From Octopus vulgaris (taxonomy: Eukaryota): a stretch of 64,000 nucleotides of DNA. Position 1 is the stretch's first letter; every line of letters begins with the position of its first letter. The notes beneath the pieces were generated by a model. It was given only the letters and a program-made list of their open reading frames with translations. It was not told the origin of the DNA and did no database searches. The DNA lies in NCBI GenBank assembly GCA_951406725.2, contig OX597820.1:81282001-81346000 (forward strand), given 5' to 3'. Of this stretch, positions 26,500 through 40,580 are shown piece after piece. The position numbers were made by a program, and so were the translations under genes.

Positions 26500-27330
26500 G
26501 TAACCAAGGGGGAAATTTATCAGTCTTTCATATAATGACACAAATAAGAGGAGATTGTGCCTTTCTAACAATTATAACAACACAGTCTATCAAACATCCT
26601 TGGTAAGAACAAAGGATCTTGTATATAGTCCTAGCATGCTCCCATCAAATCATATGACTGGACCAACTTTATCTTAGAACAAGGGTGGTACAAAATTCAA
26701 GTAAACAAATGAAAGTCAAAAACATTTTCAATAGCAGATATAGGTGATGATCATGATGTTGTGAGGATGAACAAGGTGCACTGAAGTGAAACAACAAGCC
26801 AAAAAACAGCTGGCTGAGATTCAACCTCACAAATCTTAAAGACCTTATCTCTAAAGGAATTCAGGCAACACTTGATGGAAAATTTGCAGCACTACTCCCC
26901 CTTGAAAAAAACCTGAAGACTACAACCCACATGCTCAATGCTGTGATGATAGAGACAGCATGTGATGTTTTGAGGGAAATCTACATGAATTAAAACTGTG
27001 AATTACAAACAAAATATTGGACATGTGTGACAAAAGGAAATAAGGGAAATAAAACAATGATGGACAACTGAACAACATGAAAATACTGAAGACAGCCTTT
27101 CTAGCAACAACACAAAAATGACTTTGCAATTGGTAAAAGAGCTCACCAAAGCAAGACACCAAGAAGTGTTCACCAACAAACATAAAAAAAAAACAAACAA
27201 TAAAAAATGATATGGTGGGCAGAGTATTGCTTGGAACTGTACAACTTCCAGAGTAGTGTAGATCTGAGTGTACTGAATGTACAAGAATCCTCACAATAGG
27301 TGGATAAGTGAAAGAAGTATAAAACTGTGA
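26500..27330 (+). mobile_element. Highly degenerate LINE ORF2 relic
   Basis: A-rich, coding-like strand bias with many stops. No diagnostic motif clearly intact. Confidence 0.3.
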
Positions 27331-28144
27331 TAGGAGAAAGTATGGTTACAGCATCCAGGTGGTTCATTGACGAAATCATCATTACTAGTGTGTGATCAAT
27401 ACCAAACTCACAAAGCAGAACAACAAAGGAAAAACTTAAGCCATTAAAGATTAATCAAGTATTTATCCTCACTGGTTTAACTGTGCAACTACAATGACAG
27501 GATGTTTCACTCAACAAGCATTCATATGTTTTATGTGAGAAGATTGGAACAGGTAGATGACTACTAAAAATTTAGTGACAGGACAACTGGAGCGACCTTC
27601 TATATCAGTGTGTGAAGTCATTGTAGGCAGCTGTGAGGGTAAAAATAATAATAGTCAAGGTATTAAAAAAAGAAATGTGGAATTAGTACTGCAATGGATG
27701 GAACCAAAGATGATATGTATGAAGACAACAAAGATCAATAACAGCAGTGATGGTGATGTAGATAATAACAGTGATTGATGTGTTAATAAACATTATAGTT
27801 AATAGTCACTAAGCTGAACATGGTGTCTTCATCTGTATGTGATAGTCTTCGGAAATATAATTTCGTATGAAAGATTAGACTTAAAGTAGAGAGGAGAGGG
27901 AAAAAAATATTGTAAATCATTATTATTAATAAAAGAAATCATTATTGACTCTTTCTTTCACACATATAGTCTCCCTCTGAATGTTATGGGGTTGTAGGTG
28001 CACCATTAATTTTCACTGTGTATAGTAAGTATCAGTGAGCTATAGAGGTAGTTAGAACTTGGTAATACCTTAAAAATATCTGCATTGTTAGTGAAATGTA
28101 AACTATCCCTAAATTAGGTATTCTTACAAAATAAATTTTAGGTA

Positions 28145-28550
28145 TACTCTTTTACTTGTTTCAGTCATTTGACTGCAGCCATGCTGGAGCACCACCTTTA
28201 GTCGAGCAAATCGACCCCAGGACTTATTCTTTGTAAGCCTAGTACTTATTCTATTGGTCTCTTTTGCTGAACCACTAAGTTACGTGGATGTAAACACACC
28301 AGCATTGGTTGTCAAGCGATGTTGTGTGTGTGGGGGAACAGACACACATACATATATATATATATATATAATATATGCATATATATACGACGGGCTTGTT
28401 TCAGTTTCCGTCTACCAAATCCACTCACAAGGCTTTGGTAGGCCCGAGGCTATAGTAGAAGACACTTACCAAAGGTGCCACACAGTGGAACTGAACCTGG
28501 AACCATGTAGTTCGTAAGCAAGCTACTTACCACATAGCCACTCCTACGCC
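28145..28550 (-). mobile_element. SINE family A, full length
   Basis: Reverse complement of 54596-54998 from the GGCGTAGGAGTGGC head to the AAAAGAGTA tail; internal (TA)n. Confidence 0.92.
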
Positions 28551-29446
28551 TATAAGTTCATAAATCATCAAAACAATTGCTAATTATAGTGTACACCTTA
28601 TCACTTGTAGTACCTTATGAACTGGAAAATAACACTATGTATAACTGTATGACTAAGATACAAATTTACTTTTCAAATTTGTTCCCTTTTAACTGTTTCA
28701 ACACTAGCCTAGTTGAGGTTACCTCCTGATTAAATGTTGTAACACTGTTCATATTAAAGTATTAATATCTTCCTTAAAACTTTCATGTTCTTTTTGTTTT
28801 TCATGATTGTTAACATAAAATTAAAGGAGATAACAGCTCTATTACTGTCTCACATGAGAAACTATTCTAAATATTAACTTAATACAAAGATATAGAAATA
28901 TTAAAAAAAAACACAGCTTCTTGTATAGGCCTGTAACATGATAGTAACAGCAGACTAATCTCCCTCAGATCCTATCCTGCTGTCTTAAAAAAGGATGAAA
29001 ACATTGGACAAGGCCATCCTAAAAAAGATAGGATGGTCATATTTGGAACGTTTTTGCTTATGAGTTGACTCAGAGATAACCTGCAGCTAAACAGCACAAC
29101 AAACAAGAGATACATAAACAATTACAGATACTTAAAGACACTCTTTTATAGATTCTTGATTATTTTGAAAATTAATTGTAGCCTAAACAGTGAATCAGTG
29201 TATTCTGGTATCAGTATGACCATACCTGGATTATACAACAATGATTCCTCACAATATCTTTAATTTTCTGAATCCATTTACTTTAATTTCTCTCCCTCAT
29301 TCCCTTCCCAGTTTGCTCTAACATCCTCAGTTGGTAACTTCTATGATTGAATCAAGTTAACCTAAGCCTTATGAGAGAAACTGGATAAATAGAAATAGTG
29401 TGGAAACTCATCAGAGGGTCTGCACTTATTTTTGGATGACAGACTA

Positions 29447-30505
29447 CCATAAAAACCCATTTAATTTACACACTTCTTTTTGCAAAAATAAAAATAAACA
29501 TTAGGGGCTGCGTAAATTACATGAGTAAATCATTACCAAAATTTTTTTAGAAATTTCTTTGTTTAAAAAAGATGTACAAAATGTAAACATTTGCACTGGA
29601 AGTTGACTCATTTAATGTCAGAATAGGATTTCACAGAAAAAATATGGGCTTAAATATAATGAAGTTGACTTTCATTTATGTTTTTATTTTTGTCTGTTTA
29701 TTACTAAGCACAGTTTTAAGAAGTTTATCTATCGTACTGTTTACGCCAATTTCGAACATTAGCTTCATTAACATTAAAATAACGTCTGGCAGCTCTATTG
29801 TCAGGTTCAAATGTATATTCAACATATCTAATTTCTCTTTCACAGTAAACAATTCATAAGTTACGCCCATACTGACAATAATGGTAATAACAAATTTTAA
29901 AGTTTGCTTGAAATTTTGTAAGTGTGAACGGGATTAAAATTTCGATACTCCGTATCAAAGGTCCTGATCAGAATAAGTGGAAAAAAATGTTTACATAATC
30001 AGGTTGATCAGTCGCCTTCCTCTGTCGGTTAGCAAAGTGTCATACAAGCTGATGTTTATAGGTAATTAAACTTAATTTGCAACACCTGTGCATATTTATC
30101 AGCTTTGTATTTGTTAGGAATTCTTAACTTTTCCTGTAATCATGATTTGAGAAGACATACAGTAGTATGATAAAGTTTGGACATAATCTCTTGTGGACAA
30201 GAAATGTAAAATAAAGATTATTATAAACAACACAAACATTTTGTAATTTAATAGCTTTCAATGTAATACCTGTTAAACAGAAATTATTTTTATTTCATGA
30301 AAATTTAATAAGATCTAATTATAAGTAAGTGAAATTATGCTAAATACAACTAAATTGAAGACCATTTTCTCCTGGCTATATCAGCAATTCTGAAAACTTT
30401 TGGGTGCAAATTTTACATGAGTAGAAGATTTTTTTAAAACAAATTTTACCCTGAAAATCATCTGTGTTAATTTCACAGGTGTGCAAGTTACATGGGTTTG
30501 TATGG
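29447..30505. mobile_element. Non-autonomous Tc1/pogo(Tc2)-type element
   Basis: TIRs CCATAAAAACCCATTTAATTTACACAC / GTGTGCAAGTTACATGGGTTTGTATGG with TA on both sides; repeated GGGTGC..AATTACATGAGT subterminal motifs. Confidence 0.8.
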
Positions 30506-30694
30506 TAATTTGTTCCCTGGTTTGACACTATCTTTCTTTCAAGGAAAAGCAGGTAGGGGTATTATAAAATTGAGTCCCTCACCAAAGCATTCAGGTTAGA
30601 TCTCTGCCTCATGCAAGATAAACAATGGTTTTTTTGTTTCATTCTATCAAGACCCTGCAATAAAGATGAGTACCCTACCTTCTATGTCATAGGC

Positions 30695-30715
30695 ACACAT
30701 ATACATACTCACATG

Positions 30716-30797
<82 letters not shown>

Positions 30798-30846
30798 CAT
30801 ATATACATATATATATATAGCTATACTAGCTATACATATATATATG
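30695..30846. repeat. Compound microsatellite (CA)n-(CATA)n-(TA)n
   Basis: Seen directly in the sequence. Confidence 0.95.
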
Positions 30847-33116
30847 TAAAGTTATGAAGTCTATTTTCAATCATATGGTTCTGAGTTATTCTTGGCAATG
30901 TACAATAATAATTTTACTTTATTTCTAAGTATTTAAAAGTTAAAATCTTTATATCTCAGTAACTGTATGATTGCAGCCAAACATTTAGCAATTCTCAAGA
31001 CTATGATACTGGCTGGTCTTAAAATGAGAGAATATTGAAATGAATGACTGAATCTGATAATCTTCACAGAAAGGTTTGGGTGGTGGTGGTGGTGGTGGTT
31101 GTCATCATCCTGTCATCATTGTTGTAATTTAACATTTGTCTTTGTCTGGAAAGTTCAATAAGATCTCAAGTCAAGAAGTTGCATTATGCTTCACTGTCTA
31201 CTTTGGCATGGTTTCTATGATCAAATACCCTTCCTAATACCAAACATTTTACAGTGTAGTGGGTGCATTTTTACATGCTACTACCACTACCTCTGCTGAG
31301 CATGATGCCAAATTGCATCTCATGTAGGTCAATTCTGCTCAGATTAAATTATCTTGTATGATATGATTCAAATGTCTCTATAGTTTCCTCCTCTCTAAGG
31401 CATCACCTTTGCCCTTGTACCTTATCAGGTTAAACTCCTTTATAGGTCTCTTCATATATAATTACTTTGTTTCATACAAACTGGTACACATAGCAGACTA
31501 TAAACGTTATAAAAAAAAGTGTACAGCATCTAACAAAGGACAAATAAACATTCTAGGTTTCCCAATTTTCAGAAGGATTTTTGCAGGGGTCACATTCTGT
31601 AGTTTAGAAGTCAATGAAGACACAAAGAATAGTTTAAACTACATATAAATATGTACTGCATGAGAATTACAAAGATATGGCAGAGAATAAAGTATGAAAT
31701 TTAGTCAAGTAGTCATTCTTCAGGTATATCAGGCCTTTCTTCAACCAATCATACAAGATAACTTGAAAATATTTATCATGGAAGAGTATCACAAAAACTA
31801 CCTTTTAAAGTAGTTTTGAAACTTGAACTTAGAACCAAAAGATATAAAGTTCAATATGACATAAACTAAAGTATTTAATCAGACAGGAAACAAGGGGCCC
31901 AATGACTCCAAGTTCATGGCCCTTTTTATGAAATAAGAGCAGTGACTATGATACCATTTTAAAGGGGCTCCAAGACTGGTGGAAGAAATATTTTGCTATC
32001 TTCAGACTGAAGACCTGGTCCTAATACTGACGACAGAATAGAATCCAATAAAAGCACTCTAATATGTAAAAATAAAAATATATAGGAGGGGTGTTTGGTG
32101 TGATTAGTGTAAAATAATGTTTAATTGGATCACTGATAAAGAGCAGAACTTTAGATGCACCAACTAACAGCTTCAGCTGTATTGTTGTTTGCAATAAGTG
32201 CAGCTGTGATAGAAAAACCATTATTTTAAATTTCTAACTAAAATATAATTTCATTTAATTAGTTAATTACTTTTGTCAGGTCAATATAAATGTGCTGTAA
32301 AGCCATCCAGCTGAGACACTTAGATTGTATGTTTGGTCTCTGAAGATAGCAATTAGCAGAGTTATCAGGAAAACACAATTCCCTTCAGAGATAGAATTCA
32401 TTAAAAAATTCTCTGTTTACCATTTATTGTCACAAAATAACCTGCTGCTTGCTGATTTCTAGCTTTTACTATATATTTATGAGCTGAGAAATTTTTTTCA
32501 AAGAACTCTATCTTCTGTAGAATTTCATTTTTTAAATTAATGGTTATTGCAAAGAAACATTCAAAGAGAAGAAACTAAGTACGGTAAACAACAGTTACAT
32601 ATTCTAGTTCAGTGAACAGAACACATTATTGTCATTAATGCCAATTTAAATATTCAAGATGTTGGCAACGCTCATGGGCAATAAATGGTTTAAATGTGAG
32701 TATAAGAATAAAGTCTGAATAAAGAAATTTGAAAGTCAACCAAAACCAAAAGTGGCTTTTTTTTTTATCATGCAAAAACACAATTTCCATTTCATTATGC
32801 CAAATATACAGCAAGTAGTAAAATTCTGGCACTATTTCAGATATTGCATTCTACCTTGGTTTTCTTATATAAAAAAAAAAATAATCATGAATTCCTTAAG
32901 AAATATTCATGATGAAATAGAGTGATTTAACCATAAGACAATTCACATATTTATTGATCCCAAACACTGGGATAACAGAGTCTTCTATTTCATGATCAGC
33001 CCTTGTAAATAATTTCTCAGAATCTGGACTCAAAAACAGTTCAAGAACTTAAACATTTTTATGTTCAGTCTACTATAATAGATAGAAGGACTATGTACTT
33101 AGTTTGTCAGTACAGC

Positions 33117-33150
<34 letters not shown>

Positions 33151-33360
33151 GTGGTGAGCTGGCAAAATCGCGAGCATGCTGGATGAAATGCTTAGCAGTA
33201 TTTTGCCCATCGTCCTGAGTTCAAATTCTGCCAATGTTGACTTTGTCTTTCATCCTTTCAGGGTTGATAAATTAAGTACCAGTGAAACACTAGGGTCGAT
33301 GTAATCAACTAGTCTCCTCCCTCCAAATTTCAGGCCTTGAGCCTATAGTATAAAGGATTA
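33151..33360 (+). mobile_element. SINE family B
   Basis: gtggtgagctggca..tttcatcctttcagggttgataaattaagtaccag, embedded in (ATT)n. Confidence 0.85.
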
Positions 33361-35454
33361 TTATTATTATTATTTTACTACTACTACTATTTCCACCACT
33401 ACCGCAAGATCATTGAGCCCTATGTTCAACTGGTATTTATCTTATTGATCCCCAAAAAATGAAAGACAAAGTTGAGCTTGCTCAAATTCCATCAAGGTTT
33501 ACTGCCTTTCACCCCTTTGGGTTTGATAAAATAGAACCAGTCCAGCACTGGGTTCAAAGTAATTGCTTAGATCATCCCCATTAAAATATACAGGCCTTAT
33601 TATTATTATTATTAATATCATCATCATCATTATTATTGCAAAGAAATAACCTATATGGCACAATAGTACTGAAAATTATAAACAAATTATGAGTATAAAA
33701 TGAGAAAATAATAATATATATCTAATAAAAATAATGAAGTTGAAGTGATTAAGACTATTATTACATTCTGCTCATATCACAACATAGAAAAATCTACTTA
33801 ATAGCTAGAATAATTCAACAATTGCATTTGTAACATTCCATGCAGTTATGCTATAGTTTATAGGGTAACTTGCAAAGATTAGAATCACAGAGCAAACATT
33901 TTATTTCACAGTTGAAACAATAAAGTCAAGAATGACAGGACATGCATATAATGAAAATGAAAACTCTTGTAACAATGGAGGAAAATTTAATTGAAGTGAA
34001 GAAATCACTGTATTGATAAAAAAAAAAAAGCCCTGTGATAAGAAGAAGGATTTTTACTAATACAATTCCCAGTGTAGCTGATCTAGAACCTACTGTAGAC
34101 AGTTAGCGAACTGATGTATTGTAGAATAGAGTGCTCTCTCGAAATACAGCTATTTGTGGATTTGAACTAACAACTTGTAAGCAGGTAAATCAATTTTTTA
34201 TCCACTCAGCCAAATCATCACTATATTATAGTGACTTTTTAAAAATTTGTCATATATATTGCTTTTTAAACAATATTTATATATAACAAATTAATTGCTA
34301 AAGTTTAAAATTATATTGGACATTATAATTACAATAATTTAAAACAAGAAAAGAACCACAGTGATAATAAGATTCAAAAGGAATAACCATTTCATGATAG
34401 ATTACCATGTTACTGATGACGCTACAAAATGCCAGTCTTTCTCTGTCATTAAGTACTATAAACAATTTTAATGGTTTTAACTGTATTACTCTATTCTTTT
34501 ATTCTTTTACTTGTTTCAGTCATGCTGGAGTACTGCCTCAATAATTCATCAATTTCTAGGTAAGACTTATTTCAGTGTACACGTTGCTATTTTCTACCAT
34601 CTTTCTTGAGATACATTTTTTTAACAGAATTTAAAGAAAATAACATCTTTATTTTTCCTTCGATGTAAAAGTATCAGTAAACCTTGTGCCCTAAGGGTTA
34701 AGTATTAGAAAAATTAAGGGAGTATAAGGTTATGTGCACTTTTGAAACTATAGATTTAAGACTTTCTTTTTTGTTGTTGTTTTATAATATTTATTTAGTT
34801 TTTGATATTTTTAATATTTTTGATATTTAATATTTTTAATATTTAATATTTTTAATATTTAATATTTAGTTTTTAAATATTTATTTGTATGGTTTCATTA
34901 TTATTCCTAACTGTTTTATAAATTTATATGTTAGCAAAGTTAAACGCAGACATTAACTATAGTAATCATTCATTTTGTAAATGGTTAATCATTTCTTTTT
35001 TTTTCAGTATTCAAAGCCATTCATTAATACTCTTGTTATGTATTCATCAATTTCTGGGTACTAGTATCTTTTGGTTTGTTTATTTAATGTTTGGCTGTTA
35101 AGAATCTTTTCCCATACTGCTGCAACTAATTCACTGATCTCTACATTGTGAATAAATCACAGGAATATGGGTAAAGATGTTGGTACAAACGAACTGATAA
35201 TGAAATAACAGAGAAGTTAATAATAATCTGAATGAGAAAATATTTTTATCATTGTTAAAAATGACTCTCCTAAAATATATCTATTTTAACAAACAATTTC
35301 AATCAAATGCAAACAAAAGAGAAATGCTACATAAAGATACTCAGATAAAATTGTCAGTTAAATATAGTGCAGTAGTTGGATAGAATATTTTTTTTTCATT
35401 AAAATACAAATAATTAATGTCGGTATAGATCCATTTAAACTATATTCGTTTTAA

Positions 35455-35655
35455 CCATTTAACATTCAAATTACACTGTCAAAATAATGTTTTGAATTAA
35501 TCATGCATTATCTCATAGCTTCGAGATTTGGAGATGTGATTGTTTGGTTTTAGAATGACATTGTAGGAGAGATGTGAGAAATCAGATCTGGCCAGTTTAG
35601 ACACCAAACAGGTAGAATATTTGAGTCAGATATGTCTGGTTTAAATGCTAAAGAG
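35455..35655. mobile_element. piggyBac-type MITE
   Basis: TTAA|CCATTTAACATT...AATGCTAAAGAG|TTAA; same family as 1-116. Confidence 0.75.
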
Positions 35656-35674
35656 TTAAATATTATATACTTAC

Positions 35675-35741
35675 TCTTAGCTAATTCTTTTTTCAAACTA
35701 TAATGATTTGGAAGCTTGGAGCATATTTGTATAACATTACC
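35675..35741 (-). CDS. Candidate 67-nt exon of an unidentified host gene
   Basis: Acceptor ttctctctttAG and donor AGA|GTAAGT. Phase-0 frame is open (GNVIQICSKLPNHYSLKKELAK). No homology recognised. Confidence 0.25.
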
Positions 35742-35829
35742 CTAAAGAGAGAATGAATCTTTATCTACAGGAAGGAAGAAACTCAGCACTGCATATCAAT
35801 AAATGATTTGTTAAATCTAGAATAGATTT

Positions 35830-36262
35830 ATTGTATACAATGGTGAGTTATACCACACTACACCAAAGTACCCACTTTGTTAGGTTTAAAGTGGCGTTGC
35901 ATACAAATGTGAGTTTTACCGCACCACACAAAATCATAAGTAGCAATATCTAATGTAGTATTTTCTGTTGTATACAATGGAGAGTTACACTACACCACAC
36001 CACAGAATCCACATTAAAATAGTGTTGTTGCATACAGGTTTGAGTTATACCACACCACATTATAGTACTCACTTAAGTCTAAAGTAGCAGAAGTAGTAGT
36101 ATCTGTTATATACAACAGTGAATTACACAATAGTACCCAATTTTGTTAAGTTGAAAGAATTGTATATACAACAGTAAATTATATGACACCTCAGGACCTA
36201 CTTTGTTAAATATATTGTGTTGTTGTATACAATAGTGAGATATATCACCTACCATATTCACT
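35830..36262. repeat. Degenerate minisatellite, unit ~50 bp
   Basis: Recurrent ttgtatacaatggtgagttataccacaccac...tacccactttgtta motif. Confidence 0.75.
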
Positions 36263-37191
36263 GTTAAAATGATAAGGCTTTCCTCTTGGATACACATTGC
36301 TGGTGATAGGATATGAACAGTATATCTTTTAGCTATTTTAAAAACTCAGCCATCTGAACAATTTCAAGCTACTTATTAAAACAGTAGATAATTATACAGA
36401 ACTCCACTGACAACAGAAATAATCTGAAGCTGAAGAAGAAACAAATTCAACATTAGCATATTCATCTATTATAAGACAATGGTAAGGGCAAAGGAATAGC
36501 AAATGTCATGCCCAGATAGAGTTTATCTTGGCCACATCTGATATGGCCAACACTAGAATTTATAGGTGTCTGGATGAGAAATTGTAGCCAACTCTCAGTA
36601 AAATTACATGCCACTGTCTTAAAAAATAAAAATCATATGGGACAATGTAATTCAAGAAGCTTAAAAAAAAAAAAATGGTTATGAGTGGAATGCATTTCAT
36701 AACAAGCTTCCTCAATCATAGCTGTAATCGTACAGGAATGGACTAGATAGTAGAAATTGTCACACTAAACCTACTTAACATATTTAACCACATTATAACA
36801 GGATATGTAGTATGATTGTCAGCTAGGTGGTAACACGGTACAACAGAACAACAGAGATCTGTGGGACACAAGTTATTTTATCAGCTGCAAGCAATCAATA
36901 ATAGCTGAACTAGCACTAAGAAAAACTACAAGACATGATTAACTGACACCAGACTAATGTGGATTTCTTTACTAGTTACTATCCTTGTCCTATTTGATGA
37001 AGTTGTAAATACATTATAGACATCTGCCTAGATTTCTGCAACAACATTTGGTAAATATTTGGAAAAGAAAAGATGAAAAGAAAGCAAAATACAAAACTGC
37101 TAATGAGGTACTAATAGGAAGGAAAACTGATTCAAAGTTAAAAAAACAAACATTTTTTATATGAAAAAAAACAAGTTTTAAATATAACATC

Positions 37192-37251
<60 letters not shown>

Positions 37252-37282
37252 GCACATGCGTGTGTGTATGTGTATAACTAAC

Positions 37283-37325
37283 CTTTCACAGGAGCTATTA
37301 CTTGGAGAATCATCAGTCTGGTAGC
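37283..37325 (-). CDS. Candidate 43-nt micro-exon of an unidentified host gene
   Basis: Acceptor ttatttatcatttctAG and donor AAG|GTTAGT. A complex-sequence island between (TG)n and (AAAT)n tracts. Open frame xYQTDDSPSNSSCE. Confidence 0.42.
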
Positions 37326-37839
37326 CTAGAAATGATAAATAAATAAATAATTAAATAAATAAATAAATAAATACATATATAAAAATTTAATTTTTGACAG
37401 ATACAATAAAAAAACTTGAAGAGCACAATCTGTAAGTCTGTATTTGGAGAATGTGTTAGTGTTGGTAGGTATGGGGGCTATGATTGGAGTAAACAAATGT
37501 TTAACTCATTGCTGGAAATCTAATGGACTTACAAAAAAAGAGAATGAGAAAAGCGATGGAATAATAGATAAAATAAACGCAAATGAAAATTTAAAAATGT
37601 TTATTATATATGTGCACATACATATATACACACATATAGACAAAAATACATACACACATTTATACCTACATACCTATGTAGACACATGAACAATTCTGCA
37701 TTGACACATACATATATATATATAAGCACATGTATAAATATATGCACACAGCTGCACATATACAGACACATGTACACACACATGTCCATGTTTGTGTGTC
37801 TATATGAGTGTATGTATACTTATGTACAAGTATATGTGC

Positions 37840-38738
37840 CTTTGGAATGTCATCCTCACTGTATGCGGCTGAGCATTATCCTGATAGAGAACATTTTTCG
37901 TCTTGAAACCAAAGATGGTCATTTTACATCTAGCACCGACTTAAGCCACTCAAGCTGCTCACAGTAGATCTCCTTTGTTATTGTTTGGTTTGAGTTTAAA
38001 AGTTCAAAGTTGATTAAACCTTTTATATTCCACCAAAAGATAACAACACCTTCTTTAGCCTACTACTGTCTTTGGTATTTGACACTTTTATAGAGAAACC
38101 GTTTCTCATCACCAGTCACTATTCTATCCGAACAAGGTTCACTCGTGAGATGTGACAGCAAAGAAGAGTACACATTCACTCACTGTGCCTGATTAGATTC
38201 GGAGAGTTTGTGAAACCCAATTTGCTGACTCTTTTGATGGATGCAGGTGTCAATGAATGGTTGAATGACCAAATCCAAGCTTTTCTGCTGGCTCTTCAAC
38301 ACATACGATGGGATTTTGTTCCACCAGGATTTGCAGGACGTCCTCGTTGAGTTCTACAGATCTTCCAAGAGGTGGCTCGTCTTCTAGGCTGTAGTTTCTG
38401 GCTCAGAATTTCTGGAATCACTGCTGACACTAGTTTACATTTATTATCCAATCCCCATATACTGCATTAATATTCCTCATACTTTCCATTGAGTTGTTGC
38501 TTTTATTAAACTCATAAAGCAAAATATGCTGAATATGCTTCTTTGTCACTTTCATTATAGCTTTGAAAAAATAACTGTCAAAATCGAACTGCACTCTTCA
38601 AAACTTGCATTAAGAATAAGTACAAAGTAAAATTACTACCTGCTTGTATAGCAAGTTGATACATGTAGTTTATCCCATCCCCGTCTGACTTTTAGTTCAT
38701 GCTATTGAAAAAACCAGATTATTTTTAGGATGACCCAA
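37840..38738 (-). mobile_element. Mariner relic (third family), 3'-truncated
   Basis: 5' TIR TA|TTGGGTCATCCTAAAAATAAT. Minus-strand motifs DRIVTGDEKRFLY and VLYQDNAQPHT. Confidence 0.88.
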
Positions 38739-38849
38739 TAGAAAAGGAAGTTTAGAGAATTATTTCTTCTGTTGTTAATAAAAAGCCTTTTTCTTCAGAG
38801 TGAAAGGCAGACTGCATGATGTGTGTTTATGAACAACAATAGTTCATGG

Positions 38850-40580
38850 TTTTGAAATATGAGCCATGAATACAGAAGACATGTGAACACTAGAAAGAAA
38901 TGAAGCTAGCATGATCTGCTGGATGTGTAACATAAGCGTGCATGCACAACAAAGTACAAATATATTATAAGTAGGGCCATCGCTAAGCCCTTGCAACCTT
39001 TGTGGCTACAGGGGGCCTCTGAAATTGAGGGGCCCTATGTTATGATCAAACTACGTATATGAGCCTTCTATTTACTTTGGTTAAGTTGTTAACAGAAAAT
39101 TTCAAGTCAGAGGAGGAAAAAAAATACGAGGTTGTACAGTAAATAACTTAAAAAGAAACAAAATAAGTAAATGTAAAAAGCTTTTCCACCAGGGAAATAA
39201 AAGAAAAACAAAAGAAATCCAAAACAATGAAAATAAGAACAACTTCAAGAGAAAAGACAAAAAGAAGCGATGATGATGATGATGATGAAAGGTGGGGGGT
39301 TGTATGCTTATACATACGTACAAACATATATAGAGGCATACATTCATACATACGCACACGCACACACACACACACACACATGCGCGGCTGGCTATTATCT
39401 ATTTTGGTCTACCAAGTCCATTCATAAGGCATTGGCCAGCTCAGAGAGAGTGAGAGAGAGACATGTATCAAACACGGCTCTTAGTCTCTCCCTCTTTCTC
39501 TATCCATTTCTCTCTCTCTCTCTCTCCCCACCCCATATATATATATATATTTTGTTTTTTGTGTTATTTGACATTGAAAAGCTGGTCACTTTGTACCCAG
39601 AAAGTGGCTTTGATCTCCTAAGGCAATAAAAACTGGAGACAAAATTCTTTCTGTAACAAAAACAAGTCATGCATATGTGAACACACACACGCACGCACGC
39701 ACACACACACACAGTAGTTTGTGTGTGTGTATGTATGTGTGTGCATCTATCTATGAACAGAAGGGTAGGAAAAAGATATACCATTGGGTTTTTTTTTATA
39801 TGTGTTGTATTTTAGAATCATTATAGCAGAGTCTGCTGTGATGATTCTAAAATACAAGCTGTAAGGTATTACGCTTGGGTTTTGTCGATAATAAAGGTGT
39901 GTAGAGTATGAATTTTGATTTATGAGATGGGGCCTCAAACCAAAAAGTTGCAGGGGGCATCTAAAAATCATGCGATAGCCCTGATGATAAGAAAAATTGG
40001 GTATAAGAGGCATCACATGTAAGTAATGTGCAAGAGAGAAGACTGCACTGGTATGGTGATATGATGTATATAGATGCATAATTAAAAGTAACAATCACTT
40101 AAAGTCAATGGAGCTTGTGGAAGAAGGAGACCCTTGAAGATGTTGGACAAAGTAATGAAAACCAACCTCAGGTTGTAAAACATCAGCAGAATAAAAAACT
40201 GAGATGGTTGCTGATTCACTTTGCTCAAGAAGTCTCATCCATCTCAAAAAAAAAAATGAAGTCCTAAAAGACTATTGTTTTGACTATGTCCCCACAACCC
40301 ATCTTCCTAATACCCATTCCTCCATCACTCTTCTAATTACAGCCCTACCTAAGCTGCTGTTTATTATAATGATATGGGAGCAGAGATGCACATATTTCAT
40401 CCCAAACACTTTTGTGTTACTAGTTATCTCTCTTTGGAGCCAATTCCCAACGTCATCCACCTCATATTCTCAATAACAAACAGTACTACTACTGCACACA
40501 ATTTTATATCAGCAATCAACTCCACCCCCTCCTATTTTCATCACTCTCTTCCCCCATATTCACTCCTACATACCTCTGAA
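38850..40580 (+). mobile_element. RTE LINE 3' relic split by a hAT insertion
   Basis: gaaagaaatgaagctagcatg..tggatgtgtaa before the insertion and caagagagaagactgcactggtatggt after it are collinear with 62290-62430. Confidence 0.75.
38972..39983. mobile_element. hAT-type non-autonomous element
   Basis: TIRs TAGGGCCATCGC / GCGATAGCCCTG. 8-bp TSD ATTATAAG / ATGATAAG matches 7/8. GGGGCC subterminal motifs. Confidence 0.82.
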
